From: a virus
Lineage: Duplodnaviria > Caudoviricetes
Reading direction: 5' to 3' (one strand)
Length of the DNA: 32,289 nucleotides
IMG/VR virus record: IMGVR_UViG_3300044641_003763
Coordinates: 1 to 32,289 of that record
Every line of letters begins with the position of its first letter. Position 1 is the stretch's first letter. The position numbers were made by a program, and so were the translations under genes. Below are positions 1 to 8,416 of the stretch, in pieces. A model generated the notes under the pieces. That model did no database searches. It saw only the letters and a list, made by a program, of their open reading frames with translations, and was not told the DNA's origin.

Positions 1-2
1 AT

Positions 3-1394
3 GTTAGTGAAGACAAAACTTTAGATGTAGAAATATGGTGGTATAACGGTGGAGGACCAGGTTCCTATCATCTTGGCTGGGCTATACCTGGTGGATGGAC
101 TGGAGCAGGATGTGATTATGCTGGAAACCCAAGAGTATGGGGACAAAATTTTAGTTGTAATCTTAATACATTTTCTTCTGGATCAGGACCAACTCAATCA
201 CAAATAAATGCTTACAATGATGCTGTTGCAGCACAGGCTATAGCACAAACAAACTATAACAATAAATTGGCAGTATACAATGACAAACTAAGCGTATACA
301 ACTCTGAGAATACAACACTGTCATCAATGAATCAGGTTTTGCAAACTAAGACACAGGAACATCTTGATGCCGTTGCAGATACAGAAGATGCTTTAGAGTT
401 AAAGAATAGCAAAATACAAATATATAATCAATCAATAACTGATTTAAACAATGCTATTGATGATGCATGGCGTTACTATGATGAGCAACTACAAAGAGAA
501 ATTCAGTCTGCCATTGCTCAAGCAGCAGCCAATGCTGCAGCCAATCAGCCTACCCCAGAGCCTACACCAGAACCTTCTCCAGAACCAACTGAAGAGCCAA
601 CAGATGAACCAAGCCCAGAGCCCTCACCAGACCCTACAGATGAACCAACTGAAGAACCTACACCAGAGCCTTCTCCAGAGCCCACAGTAGACCCTACGGA
701 TGAGCCTACACCTGAACCTACCCCAGAAGTTACCCCAGATCCAGAACCAACTGAAGAGCCAGTTGTAGACCCAACTGAAGAGCCTACTCCAGAGCCTTCC
801 CCAGAACCTGGACCAGATCCAGAGCCAGAAGATAATCCTTGGACTGAACCAGATGTAGAAATCAAAGATGAAGTATTAGCAGCCCTAATTCCTGAAAAGG
901 GAACTGGAACTTCAGAAGATTTATCTGGAGTTATTGCTAACCTTACAAGCAAGGATAATAAGTTAGTTACTCTTTCCCCTGAACAAATTACGGCAGTAAG
1001 TCAAACACTCAAAGCATTGACGCAAGAAGCAAAAGTAGAAGTTGCAGAAGACCTTGGTATTAAGCCGTCAGAAGTTGCACAGATTGCTGAGCAGATGAAG
1101 TCTAACCCAGCACTTGCAGAAGCATTTGTTGAGTTCTCAGATAGAGCAGGGGATGCAGGAGAAACCCCAATGCCATTTACATTAGCAGATGCAGTAACAG
1201 AAGTACAGACAGAAGCATTTTTAGCAGATCCACTTGGTGCAGTATTTGAAGTGGATGTTACAGAACTCCTATCTAATTTCTCTGAATTAGGTATGGACAT
1301 GACAGACGATCAGAGAGAAAAAGCCCAAGAAGTCATTATCCCAGTAATCATTGTTTCACAGATTGCAAACGTAATGATTGGGATGAGGAGGTAA
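3..1394 (+). CDS. 5'-truncated large protein: PA14-like domain end, coiled coil, Pro/Glu/Thr-rich stalk, helical C-terminal domain with hydrophobic tail
   Basis: Frame is open from base 3 (VSEDKTLDVEIWWYNGGGPGSYHLGW, resembling a PA14 C-terminus), so the 267 start is not the real one; ends VIIPVIIVSQIANVMIGMRR. Confidence 0.8.
   Translation, partial: VSEDKTLDVEIWWYNGGGPGSYHLGWAIPGGWTGAGCDYAGNPRVWGQNFSCNLNTFSSGSGPTQSQINAYNDAVAAQAIAQTNYNNKLAVYNDKLSVYNSENTTLSSMNQVLQTKTQEHLDAVADTEDALELKNSKIQIYNQSITDLNNAIDDAWRYYDEQLQREIQSAIAQAAANAAANQPTPEPTPEPSPEPTEEPTDEPSPEPSPDPTDEPTEEPTPEPSPEPTVDPTDEPTPEPTPEVTPDPEPTEEPVVDPTEEPTPEPSPEPGPDPEPEDNPWTEPDVEIKDEVLAALIPEKGTGTSEDLSGVIANLTSKDNKLVTLSPEQITAVSQTLKALTQEAKVEVAEDLGIKPSEVAQIAEQMKSNPALAEAFVEFSDRAGDAGETPMPFTLADAVTEVQTEAFLADPLGAVFEVDVTELLSNFSELGMDMTDDQREKAQEVIIPVIIVSQIANVMIGMRR
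547..852 (+). repeat. Coding low-complexity repeat (PTPE/PSPE/PTEE/PTDE tetrapeptides)
   Basis: About 25 degenerate Pro-X-Pro/Glu-Glu units; nucleotide repeats such as ccagagcc and gaaccaactgaaga. Confidence 0.95.
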
Positions 1395-1395
1395 T

Positions 1396-1602
1396 ATGAA
1401 AATAATCAAAAAGGTTGTGAAGGGATTCTTCACATGGCTTAAAGATGCAGGGGTGGAAGTAATTGCACAGGCCTTTACTCTCCTTGGCTTCTTCATCGCA
1501 TGGCTAACTTTGACGGGATCAGCAAGAGACATTGTTGGTATTGCAGTACTTGCAACTACGGTAATCTGGCTTATTACAATCCCACTAAGAAAGGAGGACT
1601 AA
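1396..1602 (+). CDS. Small membrane protein (2 TM)
   Basis: SD GAGGAGG; two hydrophobic segments; basic N-terminus. Confidence 0.85.
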   Translation: MKIIKKVVKGFFTWLKDAGVEVIAQAFTLLGFFIAWLTLTGSARDIVGIAVLATTVIWLITIPLRKED

Positions 1603-1604
1603 AT

Positions 1605-1889
1605 ATGGCAACTAAAAAGGTAGTAGAGCCTCCTAAGAAGGAGCACCCACAAAAGGCAATCACTAATATCTTGATGCGTATAGTAGCAGTGTTTGCTGCT
1701 TCTGGTCTATCAGTACTTGGTGCTGGAGCAGTTGTTGGAATTGACACAGTTCAGGCAGTGTTCTTAGCAGGACTATTAGGCGTAGCAACAGTCATTGAAA
1801 GACTGGCAAGGGCTTTTTTGGACGATGGAAAACTCACATTGGCAGAGATCAATGATGCGTTTAAAACGGTAGATAAAAAGGCTAATTAG
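1605..1889 (+). CDS. Holin-like membrane protein (2 TM)
   Basis: SD AAGGAGG before ATG 1605; two TM segments; charged C-terminal tail. Confidence 0.7.
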   Translation: MATKKVVEPPKKEHPQKAITNILMRIVAVFAASGLSVLGAGAVVGIDTVQAVFLAGLLGVATVIERLARAFLDDGKLTLAEINDAFKTVDKKAN

Positions 1890-1905
1890 TCATTATTGAC
1901 GGTAG

Positions 1906-1935
1906 TTGACAGCCCTCTCTGGGCAATGGTATACT
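1906..1935 (+). promoter_or_regulatory. Sigma70-type promoter inside an inverted repeat
   Basis: TTGACA 1906-1911; TGgTATACT 1927-1935. Confidence 0.75.
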
Positions 1936-1966
1936 TGAGTATCACCTATCTGGAGAGGGCTTTGTC

Positions 1967-2491
1967 ATGACCTGTATTGCTGTAGTAAAACATGAAGATA
2001 AAATCTACATGGCTGGAGATCGTGGAGCATCAGACGATGGTACTATTCTAGCACTTGATGCACCAAAGGTTTGGAAGATAGGTCCTTATCTTATTGGCTA
2101 TGCTGGATCAATGGACGGAGAAAGAATCCGTTTTAACTTTAAGCCAAGTGCCCCTAACATTAAAGATACAGATAAGTTTATGCAGACAAGGTTTATTAAA
2201 GAACTCAAAGAATTTTATAATGAATTCTGGGTTGACACATCCAAAGACGGAGATCTTGGTTTGATTATTGCAGTTCGTGGAGAGATTTACGAACATAGTT
2301 CTGGAGACATGTCTTTATCTAAGTATATGCTGCCTTATCTTGCTATGGGATCTGGAGCAGAGTATGCCTATGGGGTTTTATATGCAACAGATAAGCAGAA
2401 AAATGCAAGAAATAGAGTAGTCCAAGCAGTTAATGCTGCAATTAAATTTAACCCATCTTGTATGGGCCCAGTTGACGTAGTAAGCCTTTAG
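1967..2491 (+). CDS. Ntn-hydrolase (HslV/proteasome beta-like) peptidase
   Basis: N-terminal M-T-C-I nucleophile, GD..., K, G.AG and AMGSG motifs. Confidence 0.8.
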   Translation: MTCIAVVKHEDKIYMAGDRGASDDGTILALDAPKVWKIGPYLIGYAGSMDGERIRFNFKPSAPNIKDTDKFMQTRFIKELKEFYNEFWVDTSKDGDLGLIIAVRGEIYEHSSGDMSLSKYMLPYLAMGSGAEYAYGVLYATDKQKNARNRVVQAVNAAIKFNPSCMGPVDVVSL

Positions 2492-2500
2492 TAGTATACT
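2472..2500 (+). promoter_or_regulatory. Promoter for leaderless gene at 2507
   Basis: TTGACG-17 nt-TATACT, then 6 nt to ATG. Confidence 0.75.
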
Positions 2501-2506
2501 TATTAT

Positions 2507-2725
2507 ATGAGCGAAGAATTTGAAGAGATACTAAAAGATATTAAGAACATTGAGTCAGACTTTGACGAGTTTGAGATCTGGCTTGAAAATGGAATTGAGC
2601 GGGGATGGATAACTGAACCGTTCTGTAATACTCATGAAGGAGATCCCTACATGACAGATGAAGAAGCAGCAGAATGGGAAGAAGGCGGAGACCCATGCCA
2701 AGTGGTTTTAAAAATCAAACAATAA
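2507..2725 (+). CDS. Acidic hypothetical protein
   Basis: ORF with own promoter; C-x2-H...C motif. Confidence 0.8.
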   Translation: MSEEFEEILKDIKNIESDFDEFEIWLENGIERGWITEPFCNTHEGDPYMTDEEAAEWEEGGDPCQVVLKIKQ

Positions 2726-2745
2726 CAACAAACAAGGAGAATAAA

Positions 2746-3621
2746 ATGAAGAAAGCACTACTAGCAATACTATCAATTGCAATTGCATTTACAGCAGTTG
2801 CCCCAGCACAAGCACAGGATGAGAGAGTCTTAGCAATCATTGACTCTGCCATTAACTCAAATAACTTTCCATCAATAATTCATGAAGTTTGTTTTACAAC
2901 AGTAAAGAGCATGTCATGCCCTAATGGTCAGTTGTTTATGGAAGGACCAACGGCAGCATCAGCGCCATGGCCAATGCATAAGAATAAGACAACTTTTGAC
3001 CTAAACAATGCGACATTCCATGGTGATGCTATGGTTAAGTCCGCCTTGACAGTAAATCCAAACTTAAAGATTGTATTTATTCGATTTAACGATGTCACAA
3101 CTCTTGGAAACTCACGAGGAGATGCAAAAGCCCTGGCCTTGGCATTTGATTGGGTATCAAAGAATGCATCTAAGTACAGCATCGATGCTCTTTCAGTAAG
3201 TCAGTCCTCAGTAAGTGCAGGAAATCTTGCACTGTGTACAAGAGATACAGTTACCATTAATGCAGTAGCATCATTGAGTGCTAACAACATTCCAGTTTTT
3301 GTTGCAACTGGCAATGACCGTCGAACAGATGTTATCGGATTTCCATCATGCGTTAATGGTGTAATTCCTGTTGGAGCACTTGCAAATGCAACTCAACTTG
3401 AAAGAGCAACCAATACAGGACCTGGCCTTGCGATGGTTTCACCTGGTAAGGTAAGCATCACAAAGTATAATGGGTCTCCAACAGATACTGCTGGAAGTTC
3501 TGTAGCAACTGTAGTTTCTGCAGCATCCTATGTAAATCGCAACACCTTTAAAACTTTTGGAGAGTATCTATCATCTCTTCCAAAGATTTTAATTGGTACA
3601 GCATCATACATTCGTAACTAA
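2746..3621 (+). CDS. Secreted S8 (subtilisin-like) serine peptidase
   Basis: SD AAGGAG; signal peptide MKKALLAIL...AQA; IIDSA (Asp), FHG (His), ATGND (oxyanion Asn), AGSSVAT (Ser). Confidence 0.8.
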   Translation: MKKALLAILSIAIAFTAVAPAQAQDERVLAIIDSAINSNNFPSIIHEVCFTTVKSMSCPNGQLFMEGPTAASAPWPMHKNKTTFDLNNATFHGDAMVKSALTVNPNLKIVFIRFNDVTTLGNSRGDAKALALAFDWVSKNASKYSIDALSVSQSSVSAGNLALCTRDTVTINAVASLSANNIPVFVATGNDRRTDVIGFPSCVNGVIPVGALANATQLERATNTGPGLAMVSPGKVSITKYNGSPTDTAGSSVATVVSAASYVNRNTFKTFGEYLSSLPKILIGTASYIRN

Positions 3622-3626
3622 ATAAT

Positions 3627-3653
3627 AGTCCTAGGTATGACTTTAAACTGCCC
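3627..3653 (+). ncRNA. H-type pseudoknot motif, copy 1
   Basis: AGTC/GACT stem; loop GGTA pairs with TGCC after TTAAAC; same geometry as 17076-17102. Confidence 0.6.
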
Positions 3654-3656
3654 CAT

Positions 3657-3729
3657 TGCCCTATAACTCAGTTGGTAGAGTGCCGAACTGTTAATTCGGA
3701 TGTCCCTGGATCGAGGCCAGGTGGGGCAG
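3657..3729 (+). tRNA. tRNA-Asn(GTT)
   Basis: Acceptor TGCCCTA/TGGGGCA, D stem ACTC/GAGT, anticodon arm CCGAA-CTGTTAA-TTCGG, T stem CCTGG/CCAGG, discriminator G; no encoded CCA. Confidence 0.93.
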
Positions 3730-3789
3730 CAAGGATAGTGTATAATTGTTATAGCAATATCCAGCAATACAGAATAAGGGAGATAAACA

Positions 3790-4455
3790 ATGTTAAACAC
3801 CAATGGTCCTGACACACAAAGTAACAGACCACATAAGTTTTTTGAAAGATATCTAGATAATGATTTAGATGAACTTGCTAAGTTTTTAGAAGTAAAGTAC
3901 CAACTAATTAAGGACGCACAACTTCGTGGTGTAAGCACAATGGAAAATGACGAAGGATTCTGGTTAGAGTCTGGAAGTTTGTCAACTGTAAAATGGAGAG
4001 AGTACAATGTGTTTCAACTTTATCATCCTTCTCTGCATAAGTTATACTCAGAATTATCAAATACAGTTAAAGAGGCATGTCTTTATTACGGAGTAGATTT
4101 TGAAAAACAACAATATTATGTTCAAGGTTGGTTTAATATTAATGAAGCAGGAAATGGAAAACTGAACTGGCATGATCATGGTGCTCCAGGGGCTCCTAAT
4201 TTTCATGGATACTATTGTGTAAAGGCTGAACCATCAACCACCTATTACAGACTTTTTGGTGATCCAAACAAAGAAGTTGCAAACCATAATATTGACAATA
4301 GGATGATTGTTTCAGAAATGGGTCATCCACACGCCCAGGGTGATTGGGACTGGCCTGGATCAAGAATTACAGTTGCTTATGATATTCAGCCTCTAAGGTC
4401 TTTGCTGAATGCTGGTAAGCATACGATAGAACAGCATTGGATACCATTGCTTTAA
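3790..4455 (+). CDS. 2OG-Fe(II) oxygenase (phage type)
   Basis: WFNIN...WHDH...GYYCV...H...RITVAYD pattern. Confidence 0.75.
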   Translation: MLNTNGPDTQSNRPHKFFERYLDNDLDELAKFLEVKYQLIKDAQLRGVSTMENDEGFWLESGSLSTVKWREYNVFQLYHPSLHKLYSELSNTVKEACLYYGVDFEKQQYYVQGWFNINEAGNGKLNWHDHGAPGAPNFHGYYCVKAEPSTTYYRLFGDPNKEVANHNIDNRMIVSEMGHPHAQGDWDWPGSRITVAYDIQPLRSLLNAGKHTIEQHWIPLL

Positions 4456-4456
4456 A

Positions 4457-4543
4457 ATGAAAAAAATAATTAAAGTTATAAGGTACTACATTATTAAAAG
4501 AAGAATTAAAAAAAGTTCTACAGATAATGACTATATTTATTAG
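4457..4543 (+). CDS. Small basic peptide (28 aa)
   Basis: MKKIIKVIRYYIIKRRIKKSSTDNDYIY fills the gap before the carbamoyltransferase. Confidence 0.5.
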   Translation: MKKIIKVIRYYIIKRRIKKSSTDNDYIY

Positions 4544-4554
4544 TTTGGAGATCA

Positions 4555-5988
4555 ATGCTAATATTAGGTATTAATGAAACCACTCATGACGCATCAGTCT
4601 CTTTAATTAAAGACGGCGAGATACTTTTTGCAGGGCATGCAGAAAGATACAGTAAGAAAAAAAATGATTGGTTTACTAACAAGGAACTAATTAAAGATGC
4701 TCTGCAATACGGGTATCCAGATAAAATTGCATACTATGAAAAGCCTTTACTTAAGAAACTTAGAGTAAAGACTAAGGGTGGATTCGGTGGCGACAGTCCT
4801 TGGTTTGAGTCTACAGAATTAGGGAATCTGCCAAGAAAGAACTTTGGACATCACTATTCTCATGCAGCAGCAGGGTACTATACAAGTTCATTTAATGATG
4901 CCTGTATTGTGGTACTTGATGCAATTGGTGAATTCAATACCTCAACAATATGGGTTGGTGAAGGTGACAAGGTTAAACTTAAATATAAGCAAAACTATCC
5001 AGTTAGTTTTGGATTATTCTATTCAGCCTTCACTCAATTAATTGGTCTTATGCCAAATCAAGAAGAATATATTATGATGGGTATGGCAGCCTATGGTGAC
5101 TGGAAGAAACATTATCTAAAAGTTAATAAATATTTTGAGTCAACATCACACCAAAAATATAACTTTCACAAGGGTATTCATGATTGGGGAGTTATAGAAA
5201 ATGATCAGGACAGGTTTGACATTGCAGCAGCAGTTCAATATGTTTATGAAAGAAGACTGTTAGAGTTTATGTCGTATGCTAAGTCAATTACTGGTAAGAA
5301 CAACTTAGTATTTATGGGTGGTTGTGCCCTTAACTCTTCAGCAAACACATCTCTATGGAATATTTTTGATATGATTTGGATTATGCCTAACCCAGGAGAC
5401 GCTGGTAGTTCTTTGGGTGCAGCAGCAGCCTTGTACGGAAAGCACCTTGACTGGAAGACTCCATATCTTGGCTATGATCTTGGAGGAGAGTATCCTGTTC
5501 AGCAAATTGTGGACGGTATACTAAAAGATGGAATCGTAGCAGTAGCAACAGGAAGAGCAGAGTACGGACCAAGAGCACTAGGAAATAGAAGTATCCTTGC
5601 AGACCCAAGAGATCCACTAATTAAAGACAAAGTTAATTTAATTAAACAGAGAGAACTCTTTAGACCATTTGCTCCAGTAGTTATGGAAGAGTGTGCCTCT
5701 AAATGGTTTGATATGGACTTTACAAGCCCATATATGCAGTATACGGTCAAGTGCCTTCAGCCTGAGAAGATACCTTCTGTTGTCCATGCAGATGGAACAT
5801 CAAGAGTTCAGACTGTAAATAAAAATCAGCACCGTGGGCTCTGGAGAGCAATCAATAAATTTTATCTTGAAACTGGTGTGCCAGTCTTACTAAACACTAG
5901 TCTTAATATAAAAGGTCAACCACTTCTTAATGATGAAATTGATATTATTAAGTGGGAAAAGGAATACAATTTCAAGATCTGTAGGTAG
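4555..5988 (+). CDS. Carbamoyltransferase (NodU/CmcH/TobZ family)
   Basis: HDAS, ERYS.KK, HHYSHAA, DAIGE, MGMAAYG, GGCALN, PGDAGSSLGAA, EYGPRALGNRSIL, REL.RPFAP, H.DGTSRVQT, LNTSLN..G.P. Confidence 0.95.
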   Translation: MLILGINETTHDASVSLIKDGEILFAGHAERYSKKKNDWFTNKELIKDALQYGYPDKIAYYEKPLLKKLRVKTKGGFGGDSPWFESTELGNLPRKNFGHHYSHAAAGYYTSSFNDACIVVLDAIGEFNTSTIWVGEGDKVKLKYKQNYPVSFGLFYSAFTQLIGLMPNQEEYIMMGMAAYGDWKKHYLKVNKYFESTSHQKYNFHKGIHDWGVIENDQDRFDIAAAVQYVYERRLLEFMSYAKSITGKNNLVFMGGCALNSSANTSLWNIFDMIWIMPNPGDAGSSLGAAAALYGKHLDWKTPYLGYDLGGEYPVQQIVDGILKDGIVAVATGRAEYGPRALGNRSILADPRDPLIKDKVNLIKQRELFRPFAPVVMEECASKWFDMDFTSPYMQYTVKCLQPEKIPSVVHADGTSRVQTVNKNQHRGLWRAINKFYLETGVPVLLNTSLNIKGQPLLNDEIDIIKWEKEYNFKICR

Positions 5989-5989
5989 G

Positions 5990-5998
5990 TGCTATAAT
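5990..5998 (+). promoter_or_regulatory. Extended -10 promoter upstream of endolysin
   Basis: TGCTATAAT, followed by SD AAAGGAGG. Confidence 0.65.
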
Positions 5999-6024
5999 AG
6001 TATAAGAGAAAAAGGAGGCCACAC

Positions 6025-6678
6025 ATGGCAGCAAAAGGTAGTCTAGAAGCAATCATAGAGATTGCAAAGAAAGAAGTGGGCACAATCGAAGGCCCAAAGG
6101 ATAATGAAACAAAGTACGGTGCATGGATCAAGGTAAACTTTCAACCATGGTGCCAGTCATTTGTTTCTTGGTGTGCATTTACTTCGGGAGTAAAATCATT
6201 CCCTAAGTCTGCATCAACAGTCCAAGCAGCAGATTGGTTTAAGAAGAATGAACGTTGGTCAGATGCTCGTAATGATGATCCAACTCCAGGAGACTGGATT
6301 TATTTTGATTTCCCAGATGACGGTGTAAATCGTATTTCGCATGTTGGTCTTTGCATTAAGAACAATGGCGATGGAACTATTCAGGTTATTGAAGGAAACA
6401 CTTCAGGAACTGCAAAGGGAGACCAGCGCAACGGCGGAATGTGCGTAGAGAAGACTCGTGCATATGTAAAGAATAACAAGAAGAAGTTAGTGAATGCTGT
6501 AGTTGGTTGGGGTCGTCCAGTATACACTGGCGAAGAAAATGCTCCATTACTAAACAAGGTGGCAGCAACCGCAACAACACCAGCAAAGGCCACATCAGCA
6601 GATGCTGCGAAGAAGTCTGCAAAGCCTACTACAAAGAAGTCTTCTGGTGGCGGAGGAAAGGGTAGTGTGGCCCTATAA
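6025..6678 (+). CDS. CHAP-domain endolysin/amidase
   Basis: QPWCQSFVSW (Cys), PGD, SHVG (His), IEGNT; Ala/Lys-rich tail. Confidence 0.9.
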   Translation: MAAKGSLEAIIEIAKKEVGTIEGPKDNETKYGAWIKVNFQPWCQSFVSWCAFTSGVKSFPKSASTVQAADWFKKNERWSDARNDDPTPGDWIYFDFPDDGVNRISHVGLCIKNNGDGTIQVIEGNTSGTAKGDQRNGGMCVEKTRAYVKNNKKKLVNAVVGWGRPVYTGEENAPLLNKVAATATTPAKATSADAAKKSAKPTTKKSSGGGGKGSVAL

Positions 6679-6878
6679 TGGAATCAACCAAAAGAACACT
6701 ACTTAAGACAGCAAGTTGGGAAACATTTCATCTTGTTGGTGTCGCTGGAGTAATATATCTGTTTACTGGTGAGTGGGAGTATGCAAGTCTTGGTGCTCTC
6801 ATTTATATTGGATGGGAAGCACTTGGCTATTTCTTGCATGAAAGAGTATGGGTTAAGTTTGGAAAGAGTGTAAAATAA
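6678..6878 (+). CDS. DUF2061-like membrane protein
   Basis: ES.KRTLLKT.SW...YFLHERVW. Confidence 0.8.
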   Translation: MESTKRTLLKTASWETFHLVGVAGVIYLFTGEWEYASLGALIYIGWEALGYFLHERVWVKFGKSVK

Positions 6879-6988
6879 TGCGTATTAAAATAATTAGAGC
6901 AGTGGTTAAACTACTTGGTTATGAGTGGGGTGGAGATAAACTCAATGCTCCTATCTGGACTGTAAAAGAAAAGAAAAACAAGAAGTAG
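6878..6988 (+). CDS. Small hypothetical protein (36 aa)
   Basis: TAATG coupling; MRIKIIRAVVKLLGYEWGGDKLNAPIWTVKEKKNKK. Confidence 0.65.
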   Translation: MRIKIIRAVVKLLGYEWGGDKLNAPIWTVKEKKNKK

Positions 6989-6990
6989 TT

Positions 6991-7605
6991 ATGACAACAC
7001 AGGTGTCTCTAACAAAGCCAACATATTTGGCGGGTGGATCAGTTGCAGTATATGAAAATGCTTGGGAAGATGGATATACAACAATTAATGACATCATTAA
7101 AATGACAAAAGATATTTCATTAAATGTAAAATTTTTTCCTTCACAGACAAACGCTGATCCTCTGAACACTCGTGAACAATCAATACGAACTAGCCATAGT
7201 CTATCAATAAGTCGATATGCAATTTTTAACAAAAAAATGCAATCTATTAATGATAAATGCTATAGTTTAATTTCTTCAGCAGTTGAGAACTACAAAGAAA
7301 TTTTTAAAATAGAGCAAGAAATAAAGAATACAGAGCCATACACCCTTTTAAGATATTCTGGTGGAGAACAGTACGGCTTTCACTATGATGGTGGAACGGG
7401 CAGCAAAAGAAGTATCTCTGTTTTAATATACTTAAATGATGATTACGAAGGCGGAGAAATTGAGTTTCCAAACTTTAATTTAAAAATTAAACCAAAGGCA
7501 GGAACGCTAATGTTATTCCCATCAAACTATGCATATGGCCACATTGCTCATCCAGTAACTTCTGGAACAAAGTATGTTGTAGTGACATGGCTACACGATA
7601 GGTAA
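6991..7605 (+). CDS. 2OG-Fe(II) oxygenase, prolyl 4-hydroxylase-like
   Basis: HYD, YLNDDYEGGEI.F, FPSN...H..HPV..GTKY. Confidence 0.9.
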   Translation: MTTQVSLTKPTYLAGGSVAVYENAWEDGYTTINDIIKMTKDISLNVKFFPSQTNADPLNTREQSIRTSHSLSISRYAIFNKKMQSINDKCYSLISSAVENYKEIFKIEQEIKNTEPYTLLRYSGGEQYGFHYDGGTGSKRSISVLIYLNDDYEGGEIEFPNFNLKIKPKAGTLMLFPSNYAYGHIAHPVTSGTKYVVVTWLHDR

Positions 7606-7609
7606 ATAA

Positions 7610-7795
7610 ATGGCAATATATGAATATGACTGTATGTCTTGTGCAAAAAGATATACAAAAGAAAGATCAATAAAGGACTCTGACCCAGGATATAGTTGTT
7701 TAGTCTGTAATTCTTCGTTAGTTCGTGTATACTCTAGTGTTGGAGCAGTATTTAATGGAAGTGGATTTTATTCCACAGAAAATAGGAAAAAATGA
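7610..7795 (+). CDS. FmdB-family zinc-ribbon protein
   Basis: M.IYEY.C..C...C..C...L.RVYS....F.GSGFYST. Confidence 0.85.
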   Translation: MAIYEYDCMSCAKRYTKERSIKDSDPGYSCLVCNSSLVRVYSSVGAVFNGSGFYSTENRKK

Positions 7796-8406
7796 TAACA
7801 AGTATTCCAGAAGGACAAATATGTCAAGCGTTTGATCCAAGAATGATTAAAGATGAAAAAGCACTCAAAATGCACAATACAAATGAGCAGCCAAACACCT
7901 CCTGTTTAGCACCAGCATACGTTTATGTAGAAGGAAAACATGGGAAAAAATTCTTGTGTGACGGTCACTACTATTATGAGTTATACATGAATAGAATTTG
8001 TTATTCAGCCCCAAATCATTCTGTGAGAGAAATTTCACAATTTATAATAGATGAAACAGAAAGAGTTAAAGAAACTTTTGCAAAAAATGTAACAAGTACA
8101 GAAACATTTGGTCACGAATGCTCTCTCACTAATTATTTTAACTTAGGTGGTAGCGGTTGCACTGCTGATGCTTTGGTAAAAGTAAACCCTATCAGGGTTC
8201 CTGTTGGGAAAATAAACTTTACCTCAACAGTAGACAGAGAAAATCTTTCAGCAGATATTTTTTATTGTAACTTTCATTATAGAAGAACTTATTATAGATA
8301 CGTAAGTAATGGTCTTGTGTTTGAAGATTATCATAAAGTGTTAGACGAAAGATATAGAATGACCATGACACTTGCTGAAGAGGCAGCAAGACTTAAATAC
8401 GTATAA
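7792..8406 (+). CDS. Tandem C3H zinc-finger (DUF7455-like) protein, paralog A
   Basis: Two C...C.A.A.V...C..H...DE repeats. Confidence 0.75.
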   Translation: MITSIPEGQICQAFDPRMIKDEKALKMHNTNEQPNTSCLAPAYVYVEGKHGKKFLCDGHYYYELYMNRICYSAPNHSVREISQFIIDETERVKETFAKNVTSTETFGHECSLTNYFNLGGSGCTADALVKVNPIRVPVGKINFTSTVDRENLSADIFYCNFHYRRTYYRYVSNGLVFEDYHKVLDERYRMTMTLAEEAARLKYV

Positions 8407-8416
8407 AGAAAATAAA

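Noticed and set aside
547-852. Possible CRISPR array or non-coding tandem repeat
   Set aside because: Degenerate in-frame codon repeats with no constant repeat-spacer structure; no CRISPR array seen anywhere in the window
451-1300. ORFs 451..690 (+), 545..952 (-) and 1001..1300 (-), including a Gly/Ser-rich protein
   Set aside because: Frame and antisense shadows of the Pro-rich gene
3730-3789. HDV-like (theta) ribozyme after tRNA-Asn
   Set aside because: No nested double-pseudoknot pairing found; the region contains a promoter and SD
3618-4007. 129-aa minus-strand ORF
   Set aside because: Antisense to tRNA-Asn and a 2OG oxygenase gene
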